Shown: piece by piece, positions 37,529 through 46,968 of the stretch
How the letters are laid out: the number at the start of each line of letters is the position of its first letter
Position numbering within the stretch: position 1 is the first letter of the stretch
Translations under genes and position numbers: made by a program
Notes under the pieces: generated by a model
Told to the model about the DNA's origin: nothing
The model's database searches: none
Seen by the model: only the letters and a program-made list of their open reading frames with translations
NCBI GenBank assembly: GCA_002762785.1
Contig: PCXY01000005.1
Coordinates: 31,434 to 95,433 of the forward strand
Length of the DNA stretch: 64,000 bases
Source: Candidatus Woesearchaeota archaeon CG10_big_fil_rev_8_21_14_0_10_45_16
Lineage (GTDB): Archaea > Nanobdellota > Nanobdellia > Woesearchaeales > GW2011-AR9
Reading direction: 5' to 3'

Positions 37529-37954
37529 ATGAAACTTCAGAATCGGGCAACGATCTTGTACATCATCCAGCTCATCAGCGTACTGGGACTGGTGACATCG
37601 CTGTATCTTACCAATGCCCATCTTACCGGTGGTTCTACTGCCTGTGACATTTCCCCGACAGTATCCTGTTCTTTTGTGAATACAAGCACGTTTTCTGAGA
37701 TCTTCGGCATTCCGGTGGCTCTGCTGGGAATGGTCTGGTTCGTGGTGTTATCATATCTGGGTTTCAAGTATTTCTGGAAGCCAAAGCAGTATGTAAAGTG
37801 GCTATTCTGGTGGTCGATCGTAGGGATACTTTCGGTAGTCTATCTAATTTGGGCGGAGATTATCCTAGGCGCGATCTGCCTGTACTGCACTTTCGTGCAT
37901 GTGCTGGTGCTAATCACGTTTGGGTTAGTGCTGTATCTGAGGAAGAAGAGGTAA
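37529..37954 (+). CDS. Vitamin K epoxide reductase (VKOR) family protein
   Basis: C..SC..V.TS..SEIFGIPVALLG; CLYC active site. Confidence 0.92.
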   Translation: MKLQNRATILYIIQLISVLGLVTSLYLTNAHLTGGSTACDISPTVSCSFVNTSTFSEIFGIPVALLGMVWFVVLSYLGFKYFWKPKQYVKWLFWWSIVGILSVVYLIWAEIILGAICLYCTFVHVLVLITFGLVLYLRKKR

Positions 37955-37956
37955 GA

Positions 37957-38568
37957 CTATTCAATAACGATCACTTCGCCATCACGCAAAGTCTTGAAGG
38001 GAATCTTATTTTTCTTACAGAATTCAACTTCTTTGTCAATGTCTGCTGATTCAGGGTGATCTGATCGGTAATGGGGCAGGATGATATAATCAAGCATCCC
38101 TAAACCTTCCCAAACTGTTTCTTTAGATTCTTTGTAAGGCATTACAGAAGGATCATCAACCTGCTGAAGCGCTTCTAAGCTCGGAGCAAGAACACAGATG
38201 CCTGCGCTATAGCCACCGTACAAGAAGTCTTTGTTATTAAGATTCTTGATGATCTTATCAAAACCAGATAATTTCATCGCCTGGCGGAGGACAAAAGTAT
38301 TGCCGCCCCTCACCCAGACACCACCGAGAGTATCGATCTTCTCTTTCAGCCGCTGCTTCTTGCCGAAGTAATCTTTAAGATCCAGAATTTCCACGTCCAG
38401 ACCGAGACTGGATAATTCTTTCAGGTTCTTCTCGTTGCTCGCTTTTCTCTCCCCAGGCTTAACGTGATCTAAAGCATTAAGGATAAGACCTATTTTTCTG
38501 CCGCGAGCCAGTCTCTTCAGCTCCCCTGCTTTTTTTCCAATCCCATAGGAGGATAAGTAAAATTTCAT
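37957..38568 (-). CDS. Peptidase E (S51) family protein
   Basis: GGNTF, GYSAG, LPHY. Confidence 0.9.
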   Translation of the reverse strand: MKFYLSSYGIGKKAGELKRLARGRKIGLILNALDHVKPGERKASNEKNLKELSSLGLDVEILDLKDYFGKKQRLKEKIDTLGGVWVRGGNTFVLRQAMKLSGFDKIIKNLNNKDFLYGGYSAGICVLAPSLEALQQVDDPSVMPYKESKETVWEGLGMLDYIILPHYRSDHPESADIDKEVEFCKKNKIPFKTLRDGEVIVIE

Positions 38569-38679
38569 GATAACAAGAGATAACGATAGATTTTATTAAA
38601 TCTTTGTATCGATGGAGACAATATCCAACGCACAATATTTATATAAGATAAATATCTCTCTCTTTAAAAGAGGTCCCAG

Positions 38680-39507
38680 ATGAAGAAAAACTCTATTCTG
38701 ACAGCGATCATCATCCTAAGCATCGTCGGGCTAGCAGTATCAGGCTATCTCATCGAGAACCATTATGCTTCACCTACACAAGGATCTGTCTGCGACCTGG
38801 GTGAGACTATCTCCTGTTCACTGGTCAACACCAGCGTCTTTTCAGAAATCTTCCACGTTCCCGTGGCTTTGTTCGGCGCCATCTGGTTCTTCATCCTCTT
38901 AGGATTAAGCTGGAAAGGCAGAGGAAAGAGTCCGGCGTATGTGACAGCCATCTTATGGTGGAACATCCTCGGCATCCTATCTGTCATCTATCTGATCAGC
39001 GCGGAAATCATCTTGCAATCAATCTGTCCATTTTGCACGATTGTTCATGTTATCGTATTAACCACGTTGACTTTATCCATCCTACTTTACAAAGATCAAA
39101 AAAAGAAGGTGTCGCTCGAAAAGACCATAGAATCATTAAAAACATGGGTCGGTCTGATCCTGATCCTCAATCTTCTGCCTTTATTGTTCTTTAATATCTC
39201 CTTCAGTCCAGACGAAAACCACGATGCTCTGGCAAAATGCCTCACAGAGAAAGGCGTAGTGATGTACGGCTCGTTCCGTTGCGGAGTCTGCGCCAAGACC
39301 AGGGAGATGTTCGGTGAGTCTTTCCAATACGTGAAAGAGATCGAATGTCATCCGCAGGGAGAAGATTCAGAGACAGAATTATGCTTAAGCAAGAATATTG
39401 AAGGAACGCCGACCTGGGTCCTGGAGATAGACGGCGTTGAGCAGAAGAGATACGCCGGTTTCCTGACCATCGATGAACTGAAAGATTTTTCGGGGTGTAC
39501 TGAATAA
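38680..39507 (+). CDS. VKOR-thioredoxin fusion
   Basis: VKOR CPFC plus C-terminal Trx-like domain (MYGSFRCGVC, IEC, GTPTW). Confidence 0.9.
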   Translation: MKKNSILTAIIILSIVGLAVSGYLIENHYASPTQGSVCDLGETISCSLVNTSVFSEIFHVPVALFGAIWFFILLGLSWKGRGKSPAYVTAILWWNILGILSVIYLISAEIILQSICPFCTIVHVIVLTTLTLSILLYKDQKKKVSLEKTIESLKTWVGLILILNLLPLLFFNISFSPDENHDALAKCLTEKGVVMYGSFRCGVCAKTREMFGESFQYVKEIECHPQGEDSETELCLSKNIEGTPTWVLEIDGVEQKRYAGFLTIDELKDFSGCTE

Positions 39508-40220
39508 TGGTCTTCCCAGAGGGATTGACCTTGCCGATCCTGGTCCTGGCAGCGCTAGCAGACAGCATAAATCCTTGTGTCTTCGGGGTTCTGATATTCT
39601 TGATAGCATTCATGACCAAGATGTATAAGAAACCATCTCGGATGCTGTTAGGAGGTTTTCTCTATACGTTGGTGGTCTACCTCTCTTATTTCTTTTTGGG
39701 ATTAGGTTTCCTCAAGATCACCGTCTCGTTCAACGTGTCGCAGACAGTCTACTGGGTAGCGGCGCTGATAGCAATCTTTGCCGGCATCCTGGAAATCAAA
39801 GACTTCTTCTGGTACGGCCGAGGATTGACGCTGAAGATGATCCCTGGTGCTGAGAAACGCATCAAGATGTATACCAAAAAAATCAAGAAGGCTCATGAGA
39901 AAAGCGTCTCGCTCAGCTACCTGGCAGCTGCGGCGTTGGGCTTCTTTGTAGTGCTGGTCGAACTGCCTTGCACCGGAGCGCCATATCTAGCCGTATTGGC
40001 TTTGATCGGACATGGCAATTACGCCCAAGGCGTGCCATTATTGTTGTTGTACAATTTTATCTTTATCCTGCCGTTGTTTGTGATCATCGGTATCGCTTAC
40101 TTTGGCAAGTCTTCCAAAAAGCTGGAGGGATGGCGTAAGGAGCACCGAGGATTGATGCGGTTAGGCATCGGATCATTCTTGATAGCTCTAGGAGCATACA
40201 TGTTATATACAATATTATGA
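39507..40220 (+). CDS. CcdA/DsbD-like transmembrane electron transporter
   Basis: DSINPC and ELPCTGAPY cysteine motifs; 6 TM. Confidence 0.85.
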   Translation: MVFPEGLTLPILVLAALADSINPCVFGVLIFLIAFMTKMYKKPSRMLLGGFLYTLVVYLSYFFLGLGFLKITVSFNVSQTVYWVAALIAIFAGILEIKDFFWYGRGLTLKMIPGAEKRIKMYTKKIKKAHEKSVSLSYLAAAALGFFVVLVELPCTGAPYLAVLALIGHGNYAQGVPLLLLYNFIFILPLFVIIGIAYFGKSSKKLEGWRKEHRGLMRLGIGSFLIALGAYMLYTIL

Positions 40221-40229
40221 GGTGAAACT

Positions 40230-40337
40230 ATGGCAGCGAAGAAAAAAGCGGTGAAAAAGACGGTCAAGAAGAAAGCGGCGAAGAAGAGCGCTAAGAAACC
40301 GATGAAGAAAGGCAAGAATGTCTGCGAATTTTGTTAA
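40230..40337 (+). CDS. 35-aa Lys-rich peptide ending in CEFC
   Basis: SD GAGGTGA; MAAKKKAVKKTVKKKAAKKSAKKPMKKGKNVCEFC*. Confidence 0.65.
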   Translation: MAAKKKAVKKTVKKKAAKKSAKKPMKKGKNVCEFC

Positions 40338-40381
40338 ATTTTTTGTTTATTTTTATTCGATTATTTTAGGAGGCGAAACTG

Positions 40382-40516
40382 ATGGTACAACTACGATGCG
40401 GCTGTGAAGTGACGGAAGAAGGAAAATTCAAAGTGGGAGAGAGATGTGCTCAGTGTCTGGAATGCAATACTGTGTCTGAACTGCATCCTTTCGGCGAGAA
40501 AAGGTTGAGTAGATAA
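40382..40516 (+). CDS. 44-aa Cys-rich small protein
   Basis: SD AGGAGG; MVQLRCGCEVTEEGKFKVGERCAQCLECNTVSELHPFGEKRLSR*. Confidence 0.65.
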   Translation: MVQLRCGCEVTEEGKFKVGERCAQCLECNTVSELHPFGEKRLSR

Positions 40517-40548
40517 ATATTTAAAATTTCTTCTTTTCCATTCTCTTT

Positions 40549-40977
40549 ATGGCAGAAAGAAAATTAGCTTTGATGGTTTTCTATAATAGCGATGGGAAGA
40601 TTCTTCTTCAGGATAGATTCAATATGAGAAAGTGGGGAGAAGATTGGGGATATTTTGGAGGGGCTATTGATGAAGGGGAAACTCCAAAACAAGCAGTTGT
40701 AAGAGAGATTAGAGAAGAACTGGAGTTCAATATTAAAAAACCAGAATTTCTTGGCAGATACGAAACTACAGGCATCCCGCTTAAGAAACATCTAGGGGAG
40801 ATCAAAGTCATCCAGGAAGTATTTATCGCGATGATCTCTGAAGGAGATTATGAAAGTATGATCCTGCATGAAGGTGCTGGAATGGAATGGTTTAGCATAG
40901 AACAGGCTAAGACGTTAAACATGTATCCACTGGATCCCAAAATTTTAGAAGATGTTGAGAAGCGTATCAAGAAATAG
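40549..40977 (+). CDS. NUDIX hydrolase
   Basis: GGAIDEGETPKQAVVREIREEL Nudix box. Confidence 0.92.
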   Translation: MAERKLALMVFYNSDGKILLQDRFNMRKWGEDWGYFGGAIDEGETPKQAVVREIREELEFNIKKPEFLGRYETTGIPLKKHLGEIKVIQEVFIAMISEGDYESMILHEGAGMEWFSIEQAKTLNMYPLDPKILEDVEKRIKK

Positions 40978-41037
40978 AGACTATCGCACCAAGCACAATG
41001 TTTATTAACTTCTTTTATTTAGGCATATCAAAAGAGG

Positions 41038-41973
41038 ATGAAAAAACTTACCAAGATCAAAGACCTGCAGATGATGGCTGATGTCATCCGAGAGGACACT
41101 ATCGCTGCCCTTACGGAAGCAAAGTCTGGTCACTCCGGCGGGCCGCTAGGGATGGCAGACATCTTCACTGCGTTGTACTTCAATATTCTGAAACATAACC
41201 CTAAGAAGCCGTGCTGGGAGGGAAGAGACCGGCTCGTCCTGTCAAACGGCCATATCTGTCCGATCTTGTACTCGACGATGGCCAATGCCGGGTATTTCCC
41301 CAAGGAAGAACTGTTCACGCTTAGAAAACTAGGAACACGATTACAGGGACATCCGCATCGGGAAGCTCTTCCAGGATTAGAAACGACTTCAGGACCGTTG
41401 GGTTCTGGACTAAGTCAGGCCTCTGGGATGGCCTATGGGTTGCGGCTGGATAAGAAGAAAAACATCGTCTTCTGTCTCTGCAGCGATGGAGAGCAGAATG
41501 AAGGAAACCATTGGGAAGCTGTCCTTTTTGCCGCCAAGAACAAGCTGAGCAACCTTATCGCGATAACTGACCGGAACTATATCCAGATCGACGGCAACAC
41601 GGAAGAGATCATGCCTCTCGATCCGTTAGACCAAAAATATAAAGCGTTCAACTGGAATGTGGAAGTGATCGACGGCCATGATTTCAGGCAGATCTTGCAT
41701 GTCTTGAAGAAAGCCAGGAACAACAAAGGAAAACCGTTGATGATCATCGCCAATACCATCCCAGGCAAAGGTGTCGAGTACATGGAAAATGATTACAGAT
41801 GGCACGGTTCTCCGCCGGGAACGGTAACGACGGAAAGGACGCCACCGAAAGACGAACAGACAGATGTTGCTTTAGAAGAGATCCATGCCCACGAAGCTGA
41901 GGAAAGGGGCGACTGGTACTTAGAGCATCTCAGATTAAGACCGATACACACGATGAAGAGGAAACAGAAATGA
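41038..41973 (+). CDS. Transketolase N-terminal subunit
   Basis: SGHSGG, RDRLVLSNGH, LQGHP, SDGE. Confidence 0.95.
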   Translation: MKKLTKIKDLQMMADVIREDTIAALTEAKSGHSGGPLGMADIFTALYFNILKHNPKKPCWEGRDRLVLSNGHICPILYSTMANAGYFPKEELFTLRKLGTRLQGHPHREALPGLETTSGPLGSGLSQASGMAYGLRLDKKKNIVFCLCSDGEQNEGNHWEAVLFAAKNKLSNLIAITDRNYIQIDGNTEEIMPLDPLDQKYKAFNWNVEVIDGHDFRQILHVLKKARNNKGKPLMIIANTIPGKGVEYMENDYRWHGSPPGTVTTERTPPKDEQTDVALEEIHAHEAEERGDWYLEHLRLRPIHTMKRKQK

Positions 41974-42947
41974 ACCTGCAGGGCGTCAACAAGAAGCTGT
42001 ACCTGAACTTTTTCAGAGAAAGAGTGCCGACAAGAAACGGCTACGGCGACGCACTGGTAGAATTGGGAAAGAAGAACAAGAACATCATGGTCCTTTGCGC
42101 TGACCTGACCGAATCGACCCGAGTCCATAAGTTCAGAGAAGCTTTTCCAGACCGTTTCGTGGAGATCGGTGTCGCTGAACAAAACCTGGTGACCGTCGGT
42201 TCCGGACTAGCAGCCGTGGGTAAGATTCCGTTCGTCTCTTCATACGCCATGTTCTGTCCCGGAAGGTGCTGGGAGCAGATCCGAACCACTATATGCTACA
42301 ATAACCGCAATGTTAAAGTCATCGGCGCTCACTCCGGTATTTCAGTCGGTCCAGACGGCGCTACCCATCAGGCCCTGGAAGATATCGCCATCATGCGGGC
42401 ACTGCCCAACATGATCGTCGTCGTGCCGGCTGATTATGAACAGACCAAGAAAGCGACGAAAGCGATAGCCGAATGGCAGGGGCCGGCGTACATGCGTTTC
42501 GCCAGAGAAAAGACGGAACAGGTGACGACCGCAAAAACACCGTTTGAGATCGGCAAGGCGCAGGTTTTGAAAGATGGAAAAGAGGTCTTATTGATCGGAG
42601 CCGGTCCGATGATCCATGAATGCCTGGTGGCGGCAGAAGAGTTGCAGAAACAAGGCATCAAAGCCATGGTCATCAACTGCCATACGATAAAACCGCTTGA
42701 TAAGAAGACGATCGTAGCGGCGGCTAAGAAGTGTAAAAGAGTAGTGACGGTTGAAGAACACCAGATCAACGGCGGCCTGGGCGGAGCGATCAGTGAACTG
42801 CTGGCTGAGAATCATCCTGTCCCTATCGAGAGAGTGGCGGTCAATGACCGTTTCGGTGAGTCCGGCGAACCGGATGAATTATTGGTGAAGTTCGGACTAA
42901 GTTCTCAGCATATCGTCAAAGCCGCTCTAAGAGTCAGGAAGCGTTGA
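41970..42947 (+). CDS. Transketolase C-terminal subunit
   Basis: GVAEQN, GPDGATHQ, VEEH. Confidence 0.95.
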   Translation: MNLQGVNKKLYLNFFRERVPTRNGYGDALVELGKKNKNIMVLCADLTESTRVHKFREAFPDRFVEIGVAEQNLVTVGSGLAAVGKIPFVSSYAMFCPGRCWEQIRTTICYNNRNVKVIGAHSGISVGPDGATHQALEDIAIMRALPNMIVVVPADYEQTKKATKAIAEWQGPAYMRFAREKTEQVTTAKTPFEIGKAQVLKDGKEVLLIGAGPMIHECLVAAEELQKQGIKAMVINCHTIKPLDKKTIVAAAKKCKRVVTVEEHQINGGLGGAISELLAENHPVPIERVAVNDRFGESGEPDELLVKFGLSSQHIVKAALRVRKR

Positions 42948-43605
42948 TTATCTCTGCAATCTCTTCCTCATGACCAAAGAAATTATGGCCCATATCTTTG
43001 ATAAGATAATGTTTGTATTTTGCCGTCTCTTTCTGGTCTAAAAGACAGTCTTTATCGCCAGAGATAATAATGCATTTGTTCTTAAGCTTCTCTAAAGACC
43101 GATTGTCGTCCTTGAGGATGGTGTCCCTGATGGAACTGGAAGCCGACCGATAGGTGTGCTTAAAATAATCGACAAAAGAGTTGAAATATTTGTGATAAAA
43201 GATAAAGAAAAATGGAAATAAAGGATATTTCCATAGATGTTTAGACTGGCACATCAGCTTGGCCATGGGAGACTGCTTGATATAATGGCTGTAGAACCAG
43301 TGGGTCTTGACTTTTTCCTTTCTGAAAGGATAGTTGATGAGGATCACTTTTTTCACTTTATGTTTCAAAGCGTATTCTTTAGCCAAGATGGCGCCTAATG
43401 AATGACCGACCAGGGTGATCTCTTTTTTTTTAGGGATCTTTTTTTCTAAGAAGCGAATGAACAATGCAGAATCATAAGTGACATTTGGTTTCTTTTCCTG
43501 CCCATAACCGATGAGATCAAAGGCAAGGCTGTCAGGGAAATGCTTCTGCAGAAGAGTGAAGTTTCTCTTCGATCCAGCTATTCCATGAATGAAGACAATG
43601 TTCAT
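42934..43605 (-). CDS. Alpha/beta hydrolase
   Basis: FIHG, DLIGYG, GHSLG nucleophile elbow, GH. Confidence 0.88.
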   Translation of the reverse strand: MNIVFIHGIAGSKRNFTLLQKHFPDSLAFDLIGYGQEKKPNVTYDSALFIRFLEKKIPKKKEITLVGHSLGAILAKEYALKHKVKKVILINYPFRKEKVKTHWFYSHYIKQSPMAKLMCQSKHLWKYPLFPFFFIFYHKYFNSFVDYFKHTYRSASSSIRDTILKDDNRSLEKLKNKCIIISGDKDCLLDQKETAKYKHYLIKDMGHNFFGHEEEIAEIINAS

Positions 43606-43725
43606 GCTTATGGCAAAGACACGGAGGTTTATATATCTATTTTACGTAAGGCCCATATGTCAACTTTCGCTGGAGAGGATATGAATGTCCTTTTTGGGTG
43701 TCATGAAAAATTCGCCGAAAGCGTC

Positions 43726-44055
43726 TCAATCCGACTTGCCGTTCCATTTGTGCCAGCCTTTCCCTTCTTTGTCAAAACTACCGTCGTCGTTCTTCCTCTT
43801 AGGGAACAGGCTGCCGCCAGTCTTGTGCTGACCGAAAGCAAGCTTGGCAAAACATTTCCGGCACTTTAATTCGTAATAATCATTGCCGTCAACGGTACGG
43901 ACGACAAACTGCAGATCTTCGTTATGACACAGCTGACAGCAGGATTCATCAAAGACTTCCTGGAACTCCGCCAGTTTCTTGAATGTTTCCTTGACGGAAT
44001 CAGAATCGATCTCAACCTGAAGACGCTGATTTTTGGTGGTGTATGTTAGTTTCAT
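43726..44055 (-). CDS. Zinc-ribbon hypothetical protein, possibly phage-derived
   Basis: CQLC...CRKC; FGQHKTGGSLFPKRK; GWHKW. Confidence 0.7.
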   Translation of the reverse strand: MKLTYTTKNQRLQVEIDSDSVKETFKKLAEFQEVFDESCCQLCHNEDLQFVVRTVDGNDYYELKCRKCFAKLAFGQHKTGGSLFPKRKNDDGSFDKEGKGWHKWNGKSD

Positions 44056-44228
44056 AGAAAAAAAGCATAATTTTCAATTTATAATTGTTACCCGGACTTG
44101 ACCAGTGCGTCCAGTGGGCCTCTGCAATGGCTGAAATGTAGAAATTTTTAACTTACAGAGGCTGTAGCACTGGACACCAGAAGTTGTCCAGTGGAGAGAC
44201 CAACAAACAGAATAATCCTAAATAAAAA

Positions 44229-45599
44229 TTATCCCACATCCATCTCCACGACTTCTTTGCATCTCTTCTCGTTGATGCAGCCCTCGAAACAAGCTTCTTG
44301 TTCTGGTGTCAGGACGTCGGTATCAGGAGTTTCACAGAAACTATCGCAGTCACTCTGCTGAGAATCGCTGCACTCAGGCCAGGAACCGGTATCAAGAACC
44401 TTGATGCCAGAGTCGGCAACGACGCCTTCGCCGAAGACACGAAGAGCATTCTTATAGGCGACAGCTTCCTGATCTTCCTTATCAAATCCAGCAATCACCA
44501 GACGAGAGATTTTGACTGCCCTGTCAAATACTTCTGGTTCAAAAGCATACTCGGGACCTATTTCCGTCCCCCACATGACCTTATCGGGCGCGGCATCGAC
44601 TAGGGGTTTATACGCTTTGATGGCATTGCTGACCAGCAGGCTCTCTTTAGAGTCGTAATAATTGACAAATTTCTGGACAGACGCATCTTTATTAGCGCTA
44701 TCAAATTCGTAGATGACATCACCATCAATGTGGATAATGTGGGCAGCGTCCATGCTAAAATAGAGGTTATCATGCTCATTCAGGATGGTTATGAGACGAG
44801 GCATGCTCTTCGCCAGATCTTCCCGATACATATGGATCAAAAACGTTGTCTGTGGGTAAGCCTCGACAATCCTCTCCACGTCGTCAATCTTGCTGGCGAC
44901 GGGATGGAACATAAAATCAATATTATTGGCCTTAGCCAGATCTATCAGTTCCAAAATTCGGGGATCATTATGCCTAGCGCTCCACTCCTGGGTCTCCACC
45001 TCCCCAAAACCTTTGATGAAATCATCACCGACAATCCTTTTGGAAGCTGTAAGCGTCTTTTTGTACCAACCAAGGAGTTCTGTCTGAAGATATCTTTTCT
45101 CTTGGATCTCTTCGCCGCCGATACCGGGATTGAAGAAAGGGATGATCCTATGTGGGTGTTTCTGGGCAGCGGCAATCACTTCACCCAGCCCTTTATCGCT
45201 GACAAGACTGCCAGGCTGCGGCTCGCCTTCAATACCAAACATACCGATAAAGAAGTTGATGCCGTTCCTGTCAAGAAGCTGAAAATACGAATCCATCGAT
45301 GCCGAGCCAACCTGCTCTGAGGTTCCGTATAAAGGACCGTTGTAAGCGCCAGGATAGGTCAGACGAGGGTTGAAGACTTTAAAACTTTGCTGGACAACCG
45401 GCTGCGGTTCTTCAATGACTGGTTCCGAAACTGCCGACTCTTCCATCACGATCGGTTCTTCAACCTCTGGAGCCGGCTGCTCAACCACAGGAGCATCGTT
45501 AACATCATCTGCAGAGATATCTTGCTACGGGGCTTCTTGAGGAGCGCAGCCGCTTAGCATCAGTAGAAAAATCAATACGAATGTTGACAGGATCTTCAT
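44229..45599 (-). pseudogene. Lipoprotein with amidohydrolase-like TIM barrel, interrupted by an in-frame TAG
   Basis: MKILSTFVLIFLLMLSGC lipobox with SD upstream; TAG at 45525-45527 in frame with the 44229-45488 ORF (GFGE, MFH, LIH, WGTE). Confidence 0.75.
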
Positions 45600-45641
45600 C
45601 ATAACACCTCTTCAATCTCAGAACGACAAAATATTATTTAA

Positions 45642-46130
45642 ATGTATCTCCACAGAAATCATTATAAACTTACACGACACTTTGATGCCGTGCAATACAA
45701 ACATACCCAGATCGGATACTTGATGATCGTGATCACGGCTATCCTGCTGGTGTTCTATACTTCTCTTTTGATAGTGGTCGGATCAGACCCTGTAATCCTA
45801 GCAATAATGCTATTCATCATCTTTATTGTAGCTTCATTTTCGACGCTGACAGTTAGTATCGACCAAAAATATCTGAAGATTAGATTCGGATATGGGTTGG
45901 CCGGAAAACAGTTTTTACTTAAAGATATCCATTCTGTGAAGACAGTGAGAAACCATTGGTATTACGGCTGGGGGATTAGAGTATGGTTTTGGCCGACGAT
46001 GTGGATCTATAACATCTCTGGCTTCGATGCTATCGAAATGGTGATGAAAGATGGCCGGCGGTACCGCATCGGAACCGATCAACCGAAAGAATTAGAACAG
46101 GCTGTGCTTAAAGCTATCCGAAAACAATAA
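45642..46130 (+). CDS. Membrane protein with bacterial PH-like domain
   Basis: 2 TM; GWGIR, IGTDQP motifs; real start may be ~45690. Confidence 0.75.
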   Translation: MYLHRNHYKLTRHFDAVQYKHTQIGYLMIVITAILLVFYTSLLIVVGSDPVILAIMLFIIFIVASFSTLTVSIDQKYLKIRFGYGLAGKQFLLKDIHSVKTVRNHWYYGWGIRVWFWPTMWIYNISGFDAIEMVMKDGRRYRIGTDQPKELEQAVLKAIRKQ

Positions 46131-46155
46131 CGTTCACCAAAAAAGAGGTATAACT

Positions 46156-46374
46156 ATGGTAAAAGAAAAAAGGCTTTTATTCGGGACAACATTGAAATAT
46201 TTTGACATTTTTGATGTAGCATTATTGAAGCTGACGATCATCTCGTTCACTTTATTTGTCGTCTCAGCCTGGCCAGTTTTCGCTTCCTGGGCTACAACTA
46301 CATCATGGACCTGGTTCTTGGCGGCCTGGATACTGTTCGCGATCAGACCACTGATGAAAGCGTTCAGGAGATGA
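46156..46374 (+). CDS. Small membrane protein
   Basis: SD GAGGT; two hydrophobic segments. Confidence 0.65.
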   Translation: MVKEKRLLFGTTLKYFDIFDVALLKLTIISFTLFVVSAWPVFASWATTTSWTWFLAAWILFAIRPLMKAFRR

Positions 46375-46393
46375 GCCTATCAAATCTCCTAGA

Positions 46394-46572
46394 GTACGTA
46401 TTTAGTTAAGTGGGTGAGCAGTGCCCACGAGAAATCTTAAGATTTCTGGGGGTCCTGAAAAATCGATGATTTTTGGGACCCATTGAAGCGATGGTGACCA
46501 TAAATTTACAGTAAAAACAAGTCACCATGATAAGCGCCGTGCCCTGCTCACAGGAAAGAACTAAATACATAC
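46394..46572. mobile_element. MITE family B, 179 bp, 14-bp TIR, 8-bp TSD
   Basis: TIR GTACGTATTTAGTT / AACTAAATACATAC (13/14); direct repeat CTCCTAGA at 46386-46393 and 46573-46580. Confidence 0.85.
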
Positions 46573-46672
46573 CTCCTAGAGAAAGATTTATAACCTAAAT
46601 CTGATTTGGCCTGACAAAAGATATGCTCATAATGAGGATATCTACGAGACAAGAATGTGGGGTGAAAGCTCT

Positions 46673-46765
46673 ATGGCAGAATGTGATTTCTGTGGGGATG
46701 AAGTAAAGAAAGTCTGTAAAGAATGCGGTGGATGCCCAGGCTGTTGCGAATGCGAACAAGACTAA
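46673..46765 (+). CDS. 30-aa metallothionein-like peptide (8 Cys)
   Basis: SD GGGGTGA; MAECDFCGDEVKKVCKECGGCPGCCECEQD*; T-rich terminator follows. Confidence 0.7.
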   Translation: MAECDFCGDEVKKVCKECGGCPGCCECEQD

Positions 46766-46829
46766 GTGTTTTTCTGTTACGGTTCTAATTTTTTTTATTT
46801 TTTGTCTTGAGCTTGTGTTTTGAAATCTG

Positions 46830-46967
46830 TTATTTATTAATATGCTTAAAGAATTGGATCTGTCGTTCCCGCTTAAGAGCATCTGTCTTAGTCTTGAACG
46901 TCCCCAGGACTTTCTTCTTATCTTTGCTGTAAAGCACCCATTTGTATCCTTCCTTGACGATGACCAT
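46830..46967 (-). CDS. 45-aa basic small protein
   Basis: MVIVKEGYKWVLYSKDKKKVLGTFKTKTDALKRERQIQFFKHINK, coupled to the upstream stop. Confidence 0.6.
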   Translation of the reverse strand: MVIVKEGYKWVLYSKDKKKVLGTFKTKTDALKRERQIQFFKHINK

Positions 46968-46968
46968 A

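Noticed and set aside
41038-42947. Split transketolase as a novelty
   Set aside because: Two-gene transketolases are common in archaea
45525-45527. Genome-wide TAG recoding or pyrrolysine
   Set aside because: TAG is the normal stop of conserved genes here (e.g. eif2g, metK, dnaK, rpl1)
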